Shown here one piece after another: positions 1 through 7,577 of a stretch of 19,064 bases of DNA. This DNA is from Bdellovibrionota bacterium FG-2 (GTDB taxonomy: Bacteria > Bdellovibrionota > UBA1018), in the NCBI GenBank assembly GCA_051382305.1, contig JBBCAV010000190.1, positions 1-19,064 of the forward strand, in the 5' to 3' direction. The translations under genes were made by a program, and so were the position numbers. Below the pieces are notes generated by a model. That model was not told where the DNA came from. It was given only the letters and a program-made list of their open reading frames with translations, and did no database searches. Every line of letters begins with the position of its first letter. The stretch's first letter is position 1.

Positions 1-78
1 ACTTTTGTCGATCCCATGACACCGATCCAAAAGCAGGTGCTCAAGCTGCTGAATATTCCAGTCTCCCAATTTTCTTAA
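1..78 (+). CDS. C-terminal end of a probable IS1634-type DDE transposase (5' part outside window)
   Basis: Frame 1 reads TFVDPMTPIQKQVLKLLNIPVSQFS* (TAA 76-78). This resembles the 'lTpxQkxilklLgi' tail I recall for IS1634/IS4-superfamily transposases. Only 25 codons are visible. Confidence 0.55.
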   Translation, partial: TFVDPMTPIQKQVLKLLNIPVSQFS

Positions 79-128
79 TCACTGCCGCACCGTGAGAAAA
101 CTTGCGCGTTCTAAGTGCGGAATGTAGA
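1..128 (+). mobile_element. Right end of a probable IS1634-family insertion sequence; putative terminal inverted repeat TGCGGAATGTAGA at 116-128
   Basis: The transposase-like tail is followed about 37 bp later by TGCGGAATGTAGA, matching my recollection of IS1634-type ends (TGCGGAAT/AGTxRG). The left end and target duplication are not visible. Confidence 0.5.
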
Positions 129-161
129 TTAGACGGCTGGCCAATTACGAAATTGTTTAAG

Positions 162-209
162 GGTGGGAGTCTCAGATGGGGGTCTCAAGGGGGAGTGAAG
201 TCCCGCTTG
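162..209. repeat. 13-bp imperfect tandem repeat plus GC-rich hairpin downstream of hpt
   Basis: GGTGGGAGTCTCA (162-174) and GATGGGGGTCTCA (175-187) are 11/13 identical. Stem CAAG-G-GGGA / TCCC-G-CTTG at 186-209 with loop GTGAAG. Confidence 0.45.
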
Positions 210-216
210 CAAGCAT

Positions 217-762
217 TCAGTGCGGAAACTTCAGACAATAGATATCAGGTAAATCTCTGCATTTCTCCTCAAGATCAAGCCCGTAGCCGATCAGGAATTC
301 GTCACTGACTTCTCGGCCTACGTATTTGGCCGGTACTTCCACCAGACGTTTAATCTTCTTATCGAGCAGGGTAATAATTTCCACACTCGCTGCTCCGCCA
401 GCGTTTAACCGCTCGTATAAAAACTTGAGAGTCCGGCCAGTATCGATGATTTCTTCTACGATCAAGAGATGTTTACCTCGAACATCGATTTCTATGTCTT
501 TCAATACGGTAATGGTCCCACTGGATGTCCGATGTCTGCCGTAGCTTGAGAGCCGAACAAACTCAACCTTATGGGTGAACGAAATCTGCCGCACAAGGTC
601 TGCGGCAAATATGAGCGCCCCCTTCAATACGACGATCAATAAGACTTCCTTTCCTTCGTAGTCCTGATTGAGTCTGTGAGCGAGTTCCTTTACAGTTTGC
701 TCAATTTCATGTCGCCCTAAGTACAGTTTAAATTCGTTTAAGTTAAACATCAGTTTTGTCAT
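217..762 (-). CDS. hpt: Hypoxanthine phosphoribosyltransferase
   Basis: Motifs VLKGA, SSYG, PRPP-binding LIVEEIIDTGRT, LLDK and IGYGLD. Start uncertain: ATG 762, ATG 750, or TTG 804 overlapping the sdhB stop. Confidence 0.92.
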   Translation of the reverse strand: MTKLMFNLNEFKLYLGRHEIEQTVKELAHRLNQDYEGKEVLLIVVLKGALIFAADLVRQISFTHKVEFVRLSSYGRHRTSSGTITVLKDIEIDVRGKHLLIVEEIIDTGRTLKFLYERLNAGGAASVEIITLLDKKIKRLVEVPAKYVGREVSDEFLIGYGLDLEEKCRDLPDIYCLKFPH

Positions 763-800
763 TGGAGTTCCCGCTATAAAATCGCCGCTGTTGCCTAAGA

Positions 801-1595
801 TCAAGCTCCTCCATTCCCAGCCGAACTCTCCATGGGGGCGAACATTGCCTTGAAGTATTCACGCTTCATCTTAGCGATAAAATCAATTGACACCTCTTTT
901 GGACAGGCCGAGCGACATTCACCAATATTCGTACAATTGCCAAAGCCTTCTTTATCCATCTGGTCTACCATCCCCGTTACACGACGAGCGGCTTCGGGTT
1001 GTCCCTGAGGTAAGAGAGCAAATTGCGAGATCTTCGCTGAAGTAAACAACGCCGCAGACGCATTAGGGCAGGCTGCCACACAGGCGCCACAACCGATACA
1101 GGCAGCAGCATCCATTGCTAAATCCGCAATTGGCTTTGGAATTAGAATTGCATTTGCATCAGCATGAGGCCCCGTTTTGACGGAAACGAAGCCTCCGGCA
1201 GAAATCACCCGATCTAACGCGCCCCGATCTACCACCAGATCCTTAATGATCGGAAAAGCTTTGGCCCGCATCGGCTCAATCACGATTATGTCGCCATGCT
1301 TGAAGGTTCGCATATGGAGCTGACAAGTAGCGGTTGCGCGATCGGGGCCATGGGTCTGGCCATTGATTACTACTCCGCAGCAGCCACAAATTCCTTCGCG
1401 ACAATCACTATCAAACTCAATGGGGCGTTTGCCTGATTTTATAATAGCTTCGTTGACAAAATCTAACATTTCCAAAAACGACATATCACTCGAAATGTTC
1501 CGTGCTGTAAACTTCTCGAATGCTCCGGGATTGCGCGGTCCCTCTTGACGCCAAACTAGTAGTATTAAAGTCATGGACTGAGTTGAAATTGACAT
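801..1595 (-). CDS. sdhB: Succinate dehydrogenase/fumarate reductase iron-sulfur subunit
   Basis: 2Fe-2S motif [10 protein letters not shown]...[32 protein letters not shown] Shine-Dalgarno upstream; follows sdhA. Confidence 0.97.
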   Translation of the reverse strand: MSISTQSMTLILLVWRQEGPRNPGAFEKFTARNISSDMSFLEMLDFVNEAIIKSGKRPIEFDSDCREGICGCCGVVINGQTHGPDRATATCQLHMRTFKHGDIIVIEPMRAKAFPIIKDLVVDRGALDRVISAGGFVSVKTGPHADANAILIPKPIADLAMDAAACIGCGACVAACPNASAALFTSAKISQFALLPQGQPEAARRVTGMVDQMDKEGFGNCTNIGECRSACPKEVSIDFIAKMKREYFKAMFAPMESSAGNGGA

Positions 1596-1619
1596 AAATT
1601 TGCCTCCCCGAAACGCTGA

Positions 1620-3554
1620 TTATTTGTAACTTCTTTGCGCTAATTCTACGTTCTCGAATTGTAGCAGTTCTTTGTGAAGTACTGGCTCAGTGCCGACCCC
1701 TTTAAACTCCCAAGCCGCGACATACGAAAACTTTTCGTCATCACGCTTCGCTTCGCCTTCGGGCGTTTGGCTTTCTAATCTAAAGTGTCCGCCACAGGAC
1801 TCGGATCGGTTGAGCGCATCGCGCGCCATCAGTTCACCCAACTCTAAGAAGTCAGCTACCCGTCCAGCGAGTTCGAGATCCTTATTCCAGCCGTCAGCCC
1901 CTTCGGTGACTCTTACGCCATTCCAAAACTCTTGGCGAAGTTCAGGAATACGTTTTAATGCAACCTTAAGCCCCTGTTCGTTCCTGGCCATTCCGACGTT
2001 ATCCCACATGATCTTTCCTAGCTCGCGGTAGAAATCCATTACCGTCTTCGTCCCGTCCTTCTTCCCTAAAGCCTCCAGCGAAGCGATATGCTTACGCACT
2101 TCATTTTCTGTTTCAGAAAATGCCGCGTGTGCCGTCGTAACTTTCGAAAAAGTATTGGAGGCAAGATAGTGACCCACCGTATACGGGATCACAAAATAGC
2201 CATCTGAAAGCCCTTGCATCAAAGCACTTGCCCCTAAACGATTGGCACCGTGGTCCGAGAAGTTAGCTTCGCCCAAAACATGGAGTCCCGGGACGTTACT
2301 CATCAGATTGTAATCCACCCACAAGCCACCCATTGTATAGTGCGCAGCCGGGTAGATCCTCATTGGAACTTCGTACGGATTTTCCGCCGTAATTTTCTCA
2401 TACATTTGCAAGAGATTGCCGTATTTATCGCGAATTGAGTTGGCGCCATCACGCTTAATCGCGTCCCTGAAATCCAGATACACCGCTAAACCACTGGCCC
2501 CTACGCCTCGCCCTTCATCACACACTTCTTTGGCGTTACGAGAAGCTACGTCACGGGGAACGAGATTTCCAAAGCTTGGATACTTACGCTCTAAATAATA
2601 GTCGCGACTCTCTTCTGGAATATCCTTGGGGGGTTTCTTGACGTCTGCTTTACTTTTAGGCACCCACACGCGGCCATCGTTTCGCAAACTTTCGCTCATC
2701 AGCGTCAACTTTGATTGATGTTCGCCTGAAACGGGAATACAGGTTGGATGTATCTGGGTAAAACAGGGATTCGCAAAAAGAGCCCCACGCTTGTGACAGC
2801 GCCACAGCGCAGTTCCATTTGAATTCATAGCATTAGTCGAAAGATAAAAAATGCGTGCATACCCACCCGTTGCAAGTAAGACGGCATCGGCGGCGTGACG
2901 CTCAAGTTCTCCGGTCACCAAATTACGGGCAATAATTCCACGAGCCTTGCCATCAACCACAACAAGATCAAGCATTTCGCGACGAGTGAGAAGTTCGACT
3001 TTTTTTGCATTTACTTGACGCATTAAAGCGCTGTAGGCGCCCAGCAGAAGTTGCTGCCCCGTCTGGCCGCGAGCATAAAATGTACGAGAAACCTGTGCAC
3101 CTCCAAAGGAGCGATTGGCAAGCTCGCCGCCATATTCGCGTGCAAATGGCACTCCCTGCGCTACACACTGATCAATAATATCAGGACTTACTTGCGCTAA
3201 GCGGAATACGTTTGCCTCGCGAGAGCGAAAATCTCCGCCCTTAATCGTATCGTAAAAAAGACGAAAGACGCTATCGCCGTCGTTAGGATAATTCTTAGCC
3301 GCATTGATTCCGCCTTGAGCCGCGATACTGTGGGCTCGCCTAGGAGAATCTTGAATACAAAAGCATTTGACGTTGTACCCCATTTCGCCCAAAGAAGCCG
3401 CAGCCGATGCTCCGGCGAGTCCTGAGCCCACAACGATAATATTATACTTTCGGCGATTTGCGGGGTTCACGAGTTTGATGTGAGCACGATGCTCATCCCA
3501 CTTATGAGCCAGAGGTCCTGCGGGAACTTTTGAATCCAAGTTGATAGTGGTCAT
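1620..3554 (-). CDS. sdhA: Succinate dehydrogenase/fumarate reductase flavoprotein subunit
   Basis: VVGSGLAG dinucleotide fold; [10 protein letters not shown] with the covalent-FAD His; [37 protein letters not shown] overlap with sdhC. Confidence 0.98.
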   Translation of the reverse strand: MTTINLDSKVPAGPLAHKWDEHRAHIKLVNPANRRKYNIIVVGSGLAGASAAASLGEMGYNVKCFCIQDSPRRAHSIAAQGGINAAKNYPNDGDSVFRLFYDTIKGGDFRSREANVFRLAQVSPDIIDQCVAQGVPFAREYGGELANRSFGGAQVSRTFYARGQTGQQLLLGAYSALMRQVNAKKVELLTRREMLDLVVVDGKARGIIARNLVTGELERHAADAVLLATGGYARIFYLSTNAMNSNGTALWRCHKRGALFANPCFTQIHPTCIPVSGEHQSKLTLMSESLRNDGRVWVPKSKADVKKPPKDIPEESRDYYLERKYPSFGNLVPRDVASRNAKEVCDEGRGVGASGLAVYLDFRDAIKRDGANSIRDKYGNLLQMYEKITAENPYEVPMRIYPAAHYTMGGLWVDYNLMSNVPGLHVLGEANFSDHGANRLGASALMQGLSDGYFVIPYTVGHYLASNTFSKVTTAHAAFSETENEVRKHIASLEALGKKDGTKTVMDFYRELGKIMWDNVGMARNEQGLKVALKRIPELRQEFWNGVRVTEGADGWNKDLELAGRVADFLELGELMARDALNRSESCGGHFRLESQTPEGEAKRDDEKFSYVAAWEFKGVGTEPVLHKELLQFENVELAQRSYK

Positions 3555-4291
3555 TTGATTGCTCCTGAGGTGATTACGCCTAAAAGAACCGTTGATAGGT
3601 CAAAGAAGATCCAAATCGGGATCATGAGAAAGCCAACCGACAGTACGACGGCAAGTGTCGAGCCCAAACAGTAGAGCCCCTTCGTATAACGAGGATTTGT
3701 GAGTCCTAATGACTGAAGTGCGCTCCAGAAAGCGTGCCAGAGGTGAGCGCCTAAAAGGAGCATCACAAAAATATAGCCAGAAACTACTAAAGAGTTATGA
3801 AAACTCTCGACGACAAGTCGATGTAAATCTCGAATTTGCGCTCCATTTATCTCTGAACCTACGACCGTGTAACCTTCGTTGATTCCAGGACCATACTTAA
3901 AGCTCCATACATGCCAGATCACGAAAACCAAGATCACCGCCCCCGAGATAATCATGTTTCGTGAAGCGATGCTGCTTTTGCTTTCGCCACCCTTTGACTT
4001 CATGACCGAATACGCCTTGGGCCTAGCGCTCCAGTGATTGAGTTTCAGTGACATCGCACTGATCGCATGAATCAAGAAAAGTGCAATCAGTCCGAATTCA
4101 GCCGCAATAATGAATTTTCCAAAACTTTCCAAAGTGGCCGCATAGTGATTAAAAGATGTACCGTCTGCGCGATAAAGTGCAAGATTTCCAAGGAGATGAA
4201 CTACGATGAAGCCACCAAGGCACAAGCCGGAAAGGGCCATGATGAACTTCTTCCCGACTGACGAGGATAATGCTTTCCCAAGTGAAATCAT
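3551..4291 (-). CDS. sdhC: Succinate dehydrogenase/fumarate reductase cytochrome b subunit (single 5-TM anchor, b558 type)
   Basis: KKFIMALSG...HLLGNL N-terminus, five hydrophobic segments and four membrane His (VVHL, LIHA, IWHV, GAHL), consistent with two b haems. AAGGAG Shine-Dalgarno. Confidence 0.95.
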   Translation of the reverse strand: MISLGKALSSSVGKKFIMALSGLCLGGFIVVHLLGNLALYRADGTSFNHYAATLESFGKFIIAAEFGLIALFLIHAISAMSLKLNHWSARPKAYSVMKSKGGESKSSIASRNMIISGAVILVFVIWHVWSFKYGPGINEGYTVVGSEINGAQIRDLHRLVVESFHNSLVVSGYIFVMLLLGAHLWHAFWSALQSLGLTNPRYTKGLYCLGSTLAVVLSVGFLMIPIWIFFDLSTVLLGVITSGAIK

Positions 4292-4377
4292 AAATAGGCT
4301 ACTCCTTTTGAATTGATTAGACTCCGTCCGAAGAAGGCGGCTGTCTTATTTTCATGAAAACGTGATAAGTTTACAAA

Positions 4378-4665
4378 TCACACCCTAAAGTGTGATGGAA
4401 TCTTGCCTGAATAATTTTCGTCGGGATGAAGCCTTTGGGCTTTTTCAATTAAAGCAGCTTCGGTTTCAACATGATCGGCATCTGGTTCGCATGCATCAAC
4501 CGGGCAAGCCGCGGCGCACTGTGGGGCATTATGGAAACCAACGCATTCTGTGCAAGATTCCGTCCGAATGATGTAAAAATCATCACCCATGCTAATAGCA
4601 CTATTGGGGCACTCGGGCTCGCACGCTCCGCAGCTATTACAGTCAGAAATAATTAGATAAGCCAT
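4378..4665 (-). CDS. 2[4Fe-4S] ferredoxin, YfhL / Allochromatium-type
   Basis: CNSCGACEPECP and CTECVGFHNAPQCAAACP (CxxC-x8-CxxxCP insertion) plus a C-terminal helix. GGAG upstream; start ATG 4665 or 4668. Confidence 0.93.
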   Translation of the reverse strand: MAYLIISDCNSCGACEPECPNSAISMGDDFYIIRTESCTECVGFHNAPQCAAACPVDACEPDADHVETEAALIEKAQRLHPDENYSGKIPSHFRV

Positions 4666-4749
4666 CATTTTCTCCGTATTTATTTAGGGGTTCGCGTAAC
4701 AAAATGTATGTTTCAGATTTATTGACATGGTCCCTTCGAGTTCCCTTTT

Positions 4750-5199
4750 TCAGAGTTTCCCTGGCGCGCTCCCATTCGAACATTTTGCGCAACGTCCGTA
4801 AAAGATGATTGAAAGATTTGCTTTTAAAAATCCGTGTACCTCTTTAAGTGCGAGCTCGATCTTCTGAAAAAGATCTTCATTTCCCCGATTCGACTTTCCG
4901 CAGGACTTACAAATATAGAAGTGATGCACCTTTCGATCTAAAACGTATTGAAATCGCTTTCCGACACGAGGAAGTGTAAGTTCTTGAATAATGTCGAGTT
5001 TCTGAAAAGTTTCAAGATTTCGATAAACGCTGGAGCGGTCAACCCCTTTTATCTGACTATCTAGAAATTCTTGAATTTCTTGAATCGAGATCTGTCGCGA
5101 TTTATTGTCCAAAACAAATTGTAGCAAAAGTCTACGAGCTGGAGTGACTCTCATTTTGTTTGATCTAAGAATGGCAAGAAGGTCTTTATGTTTTTTCAT
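4750..5199 (-). CDS. Fur-family transcriptional regulator, divergent
   Basis: RVTPAR, VDRSSVYRNL winged-helix motif, HHFYICKSCG, FYGRCAKC (two CxxC). Confidence 0.9.
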   Translation of the reverse strand: MKKHKDLLAILRSNKMRVTPARRLLLQFVLDNKSRQISIQEIQEFLDSQIKGVDRSSVYRNLETFQKLDIIQELTLPRVGKRFQYVLDRKVHHFYICKSCGKSNRGNEDLFQKIELALKEVHGFLKANLSIIFYGRCAKCSNGSAPGKL

Positions 5200-5251
5200 A
5201 TATAATGTCTGACAGGTTACCTCAGTTCCCCTTTCTTTTCATTAGATTATT

Positions 5252-5926
5252 TCAAGACTGAGTCGATACGTCTTGCTTTACCCAAAGCTCTAACTGACTT
5301 GATCCAATAAGTTCGCTTCGCAAGCATTCGAAATCCGGCGGCATATGCCCGCCGTAGCCGTGGTAAGTTACGACTTTGGTTCCAGGTCTCGCCGCGATGA
5401 GCCTTGTGCGTGTGATAGCGACATAACGATCGAATTGATCGATTCCCATTGGGATCGTATCGTCAATTCTAAGAGCGTCAGATTTGTTTTCATAAAATGG
5501 ATTATACATATAGAATGCATCGAAATAGGACCAGTCTATTTCTGTCATGTTGCCATGAATGAAAGATGCATTGCTCGCCCCCAATTCTTTAGCGGCATTT
5601 ACCGCCACTTTCCAGAGGTGAATCCTCTGCTCAACCCCAAAAAAGTGGGCAGAACAGGTTAAAGCGGCGACCGTACAAAACTTACCGCACCCAGACCCTA
5701 CATCTAAAACTTTCGTCTTCTCGTTTCCCCCCAATAACTCAGTAGCGCGAATTGCCACCTCCACTGGGGTCCATTGGATTTCGGATTGTTGCCGAATTTT
5801 GGACGGATATACCTGATCAAATCGAAAATCAGTGACCTTCCTTTTGTTGCGAAGGTCCTCGAAAATGCCGAGGGCGCGGCTTTTTCGCTTTTCCTCAGGC
5901 TCAGGAAGTTGATTAGCTTGCTCCAT
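5252..5926 (-). CDS. Class I SAM-dependent methyltransferase, paralog 1 (unknown substrate)
   Basis: WTP; motif I VLDVGSGCGK; GVEQR; FIHGN; YMYNPFYEN; TYHG. ATG 5926 preferred over the alternative start at 5965, which lies inside the palindromic regulatory region. Confidence 0.88.
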   Translation of the reverse strand: MEQANQLPEPEEKRKSRALGIFEDLRNKRKVTDFRFDQVYPSKIRQQSEIQWTPVEVAIRATELLGGNEKTKVLDVGSGCGKFCTVAALTCSAHFFGVEQRIHLWKVAVNAAKELGASNASFIHGNMTEIDWSYFDAFYMYNPFYENKSDALRIDDTIPMGIDQFDRYVAITRTRLIAARPGTKVVTYHGYGGHMPPDFECLRSELIGSSQLELWVKQDVSTQS

Positions 5927-5967
5927 CTTAATCCCGTAGTTATCATGAAAGGCAAGTGAAGACAATT

Positions 5968-6000
5968 GCTATTGCAAATTGTCGCATTAGTGTATAATAT
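5968..6000 (+). promoter_or_regulatory. Putative sigma70 promoter of the plus-strand block with overlapping operator (copy A)
   Basis: TTGCAA at 5972-5977; TATAAT at 5993-5998 (15-nt spacer) or TAATAT at 5995-6000 (17-nt spacer). Bases 5968-5992 match the reverse complement of 18643-18667 at 21/25 positions. Confidence 0.65.
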
Positions 6001-6012
6001 GAAGTCAAAGTT

Positions 6013-6447
6013 ATGATAAGCGCGCAGTATTCGATCCCAGAGGAGTCTGGAAAGCCAGTGGTTGTGCTCGTTGCTAAACCGTCGTTGCTGCGGGGGTGGA
6101 TGAAGCAAAGTCTAACGGGGACGTATCGCCTTCTTGTATTCGCCGGCAACGAGAACACTCGTGACTTCATTCGAACCGCTCGTTGTATTGATGTGTTGAT
6201 TACCGAGCTTGATTTGGGTGTTGCGACGTTCGGTGGTTGTAATATTGCGAGAGATGTCAAAGATCGATTTCCTGATTCGAAAATATTTGTGTTTGCAAAC
6301 GCTGAGAGCGACGATTATAGGCTTATGATTTTGCGAAGCATGAAAACAGTCCGTTTTCTTCGTAAGCCGTTAGATGCGGTTTTTCTCTCTCGCCATGTCA
6401 AGAGTGCGCTTGCGAATGACCTAGAAGCTCCCGGAGAAACTCGATGA
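6013..6447 (+). CDS. Stand-alone atypical (pseudo-)receiver domain protein
   Basis: CheY-like pattern VVVLV / IDVLITELDL / GCNIARDVK / PDSKIFVF / FLRKPLD. The phosphoacceptor position is Glu. Confidence 0.75.
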   Translation: MISAQYSIPEESGKPVVVLVAKPSLLRGWMKQSLTGTYRLLVFAGNENTRDFIRTARCIDVLITELDLGVATFGGCNIARDVKDRFPDSKIFVFANAESDDYRLMILRSMKTVRFLRKPLDAVFLSRHVKSALANDLEAPGETR

Positions 6448-6536
6448 TGAATAATGTGAAGGAATGTCTTGCCAATGTAGAAAATAAGGGTGTGTTGCGC
6501 TCCTTCGATTTCAATGAACACAAGCGAGGTACTTCT

Positions 6537-7265
6537 TTGAGTCCTATTCGTGAAATTTTTGAAAGCCTTCTGGAGTTACAAAAGCTCGACTCTCAAGTTG
6601 CCACGATACTTGGAAAGGGAAGCACTCATCCCGATGTCGTAAGTAAAGAGCATGAGTTGGCTTTTTTGCTACTTCAAGAGAGTGCCAAGGTGGTAGCGCT
6701 TAAGGATTTAAGCTTGCGTGAGAAACAGACTAAGGTTGCATTAGAGCTTTGTTTTGGGCGATATTTGAAGGCTGAGGCCGCAATACAGCAAACCACCAGT
6801 CCGTCGGTAAAGCAGTCTGCAATAACGAAAGTCGACCAACTTAGGGTACTAAAGCAAGATCTCGAATTGAAGGAGCATTCAATTGCGAAGGATTGTGTGG
6901 CCTTGCAAACTGACCTCACAAGTATCCAGAGCAAACGGGCTGCCCTTCAAAAAATAATCAGTTCCACTTTGAGCCTCTCTCGGGAAGGTGAGCAATCGGT
7001 GGCTGAGCAAATTCGAAAAATTGAGCTCCTCAAAGCTCAGGTGATGCCAAAACTCCCCGTCCGGTATGCTATTCTCTATCAGCGTCTTCTGAATGCGCGC
7101 AAAGGGGTGGCGATTTCGAAGCTGAGTGGTGCCACTTGTGGCGCATGTCACATGATACTGCCGGCTCAGTTTGTGGCGGAACTTATTAACTCCCCTGTTG
7201 TCGAGCAGTGTCCCGCTTGCAGTCGTTTACTTGTTCCCCAATTTAACGATAGGGAAGCCGATTGA
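6537..7265 (+). CDS. Coiled-coil protein with C4 zinc ribbon (DUF164 / HP0958 / CT398-like)
   Basis: LLELQKLD N-terminus, long heptad region, YQRL...KGVAI...CGACHMILP...CPACSRLL. TTG 6537 has GAGGT 6 nt upstream; the ORF can extend to ATG 6444, overlapping the upstream stop. Confidence 0.88.
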   Translation: MSPIREIFESLLELQKLDSQVATILGKGSTHPDVVSKEHELAFLLLQESAKVVALKDLSLREKQTKVALELCFGRYLKAEAAIQQTTSPSVKQSAITKVDQLRVLKQDLELKEHSIAKDCVALQTDLTSIQSKRAALQKIISSTLSLSREGEQSVAEQIRKIELLKAQVMPKLPVRYAILYQRLLNARKGVAISKLSGATCGACHMILPAQFVAELINSPVVEQCPACSRLLVPQFNDREAD

Positions 7266-7321
7266 CCCGTTGATTGGCTAAAACGTTCGGCGGCAGTAGT
7301 AGATAAAGGAGTTTTAATACC

Positions 7322-7577
7322 GTGAGGAAAGTTCTAGAGCACCTTTGTCGTCTTCAGGAACTAGATCGCGAGATACTTGCTGTGTTGAAAAGTGTGGTGA
7401 CTGATCCAGCGGTTGAGCATAAGCATCTTGAAATTTTGCACGTTCAAATTCAGGAACAAGCGAAATGCCGGGGCGCAATTTATTTTCGAACTGTTGCGGG
7501 GTAAATCCATTGAACAGTGTCCGAGTTGTAAACGCATTTTAGTCGCGAAAAGTTCAAAGGGAAGAGAGATCGCTTGA
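7322..7577 (+). pseudogene. Internally deleted and frameshifted paralog of the zinc-ribbon gene
   Basis: AAGGAG then GTG 7322 gives MRKVLEHLCRLQELDREI...QEQAK, which aligns to the neighbour's N-terminus. From 7473 the +1 frame gives AQFIFELLRGKSIEQCPSCKRILVAKSSKGREIA* (TGA 7575-7577), which aligns to the neighbour's AQFVAELINSPVVEQCPACSRLLV. Confidence 0.85.

Noticed and set aside
219-227. AGTGCGGAA, also present at 114-122
   Set aside because: A 9-bp match inside the last hpt codons in direct orientation; likely chance, not a second IS end.
102-308. 68-aa plus-strand ORF
   Set aside because: Spans the IS end, the repeat and antisense hpt; no recognisable motif or SD.
4349-4377. TTTTCATGAAAA palindrome and CGTGA-N5-TTACA upstream of sdhC (CRP/Rex-like?)
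   Set aside because: The spacing fits neither CRP (N6) nor Rex; single AT-rich occurrence.
326-4656. Short antisense or alternate-frame ORFs within hpt, sdhBAC and the ferredoxin
   Set aside because: Shadows of well-supported genes with no independent evidence.
4734-5239. AGTTCCC(C)TTT just downstream of both fur and methyltransferase 1
   Set aside because: Only about 10 bp and low complexity; no functional argument.
5704-6521. Minus-strand ORFs of 134, 105 and 68 aa
   Set aside because: Overlap the methyltransferase, promoter and receiver gene; no motifs.
7322-7504. 60-aa ORF as an independent small protein
   Set aside because: Better explained as the 5' half of the broken zinc-ribbon paralog.
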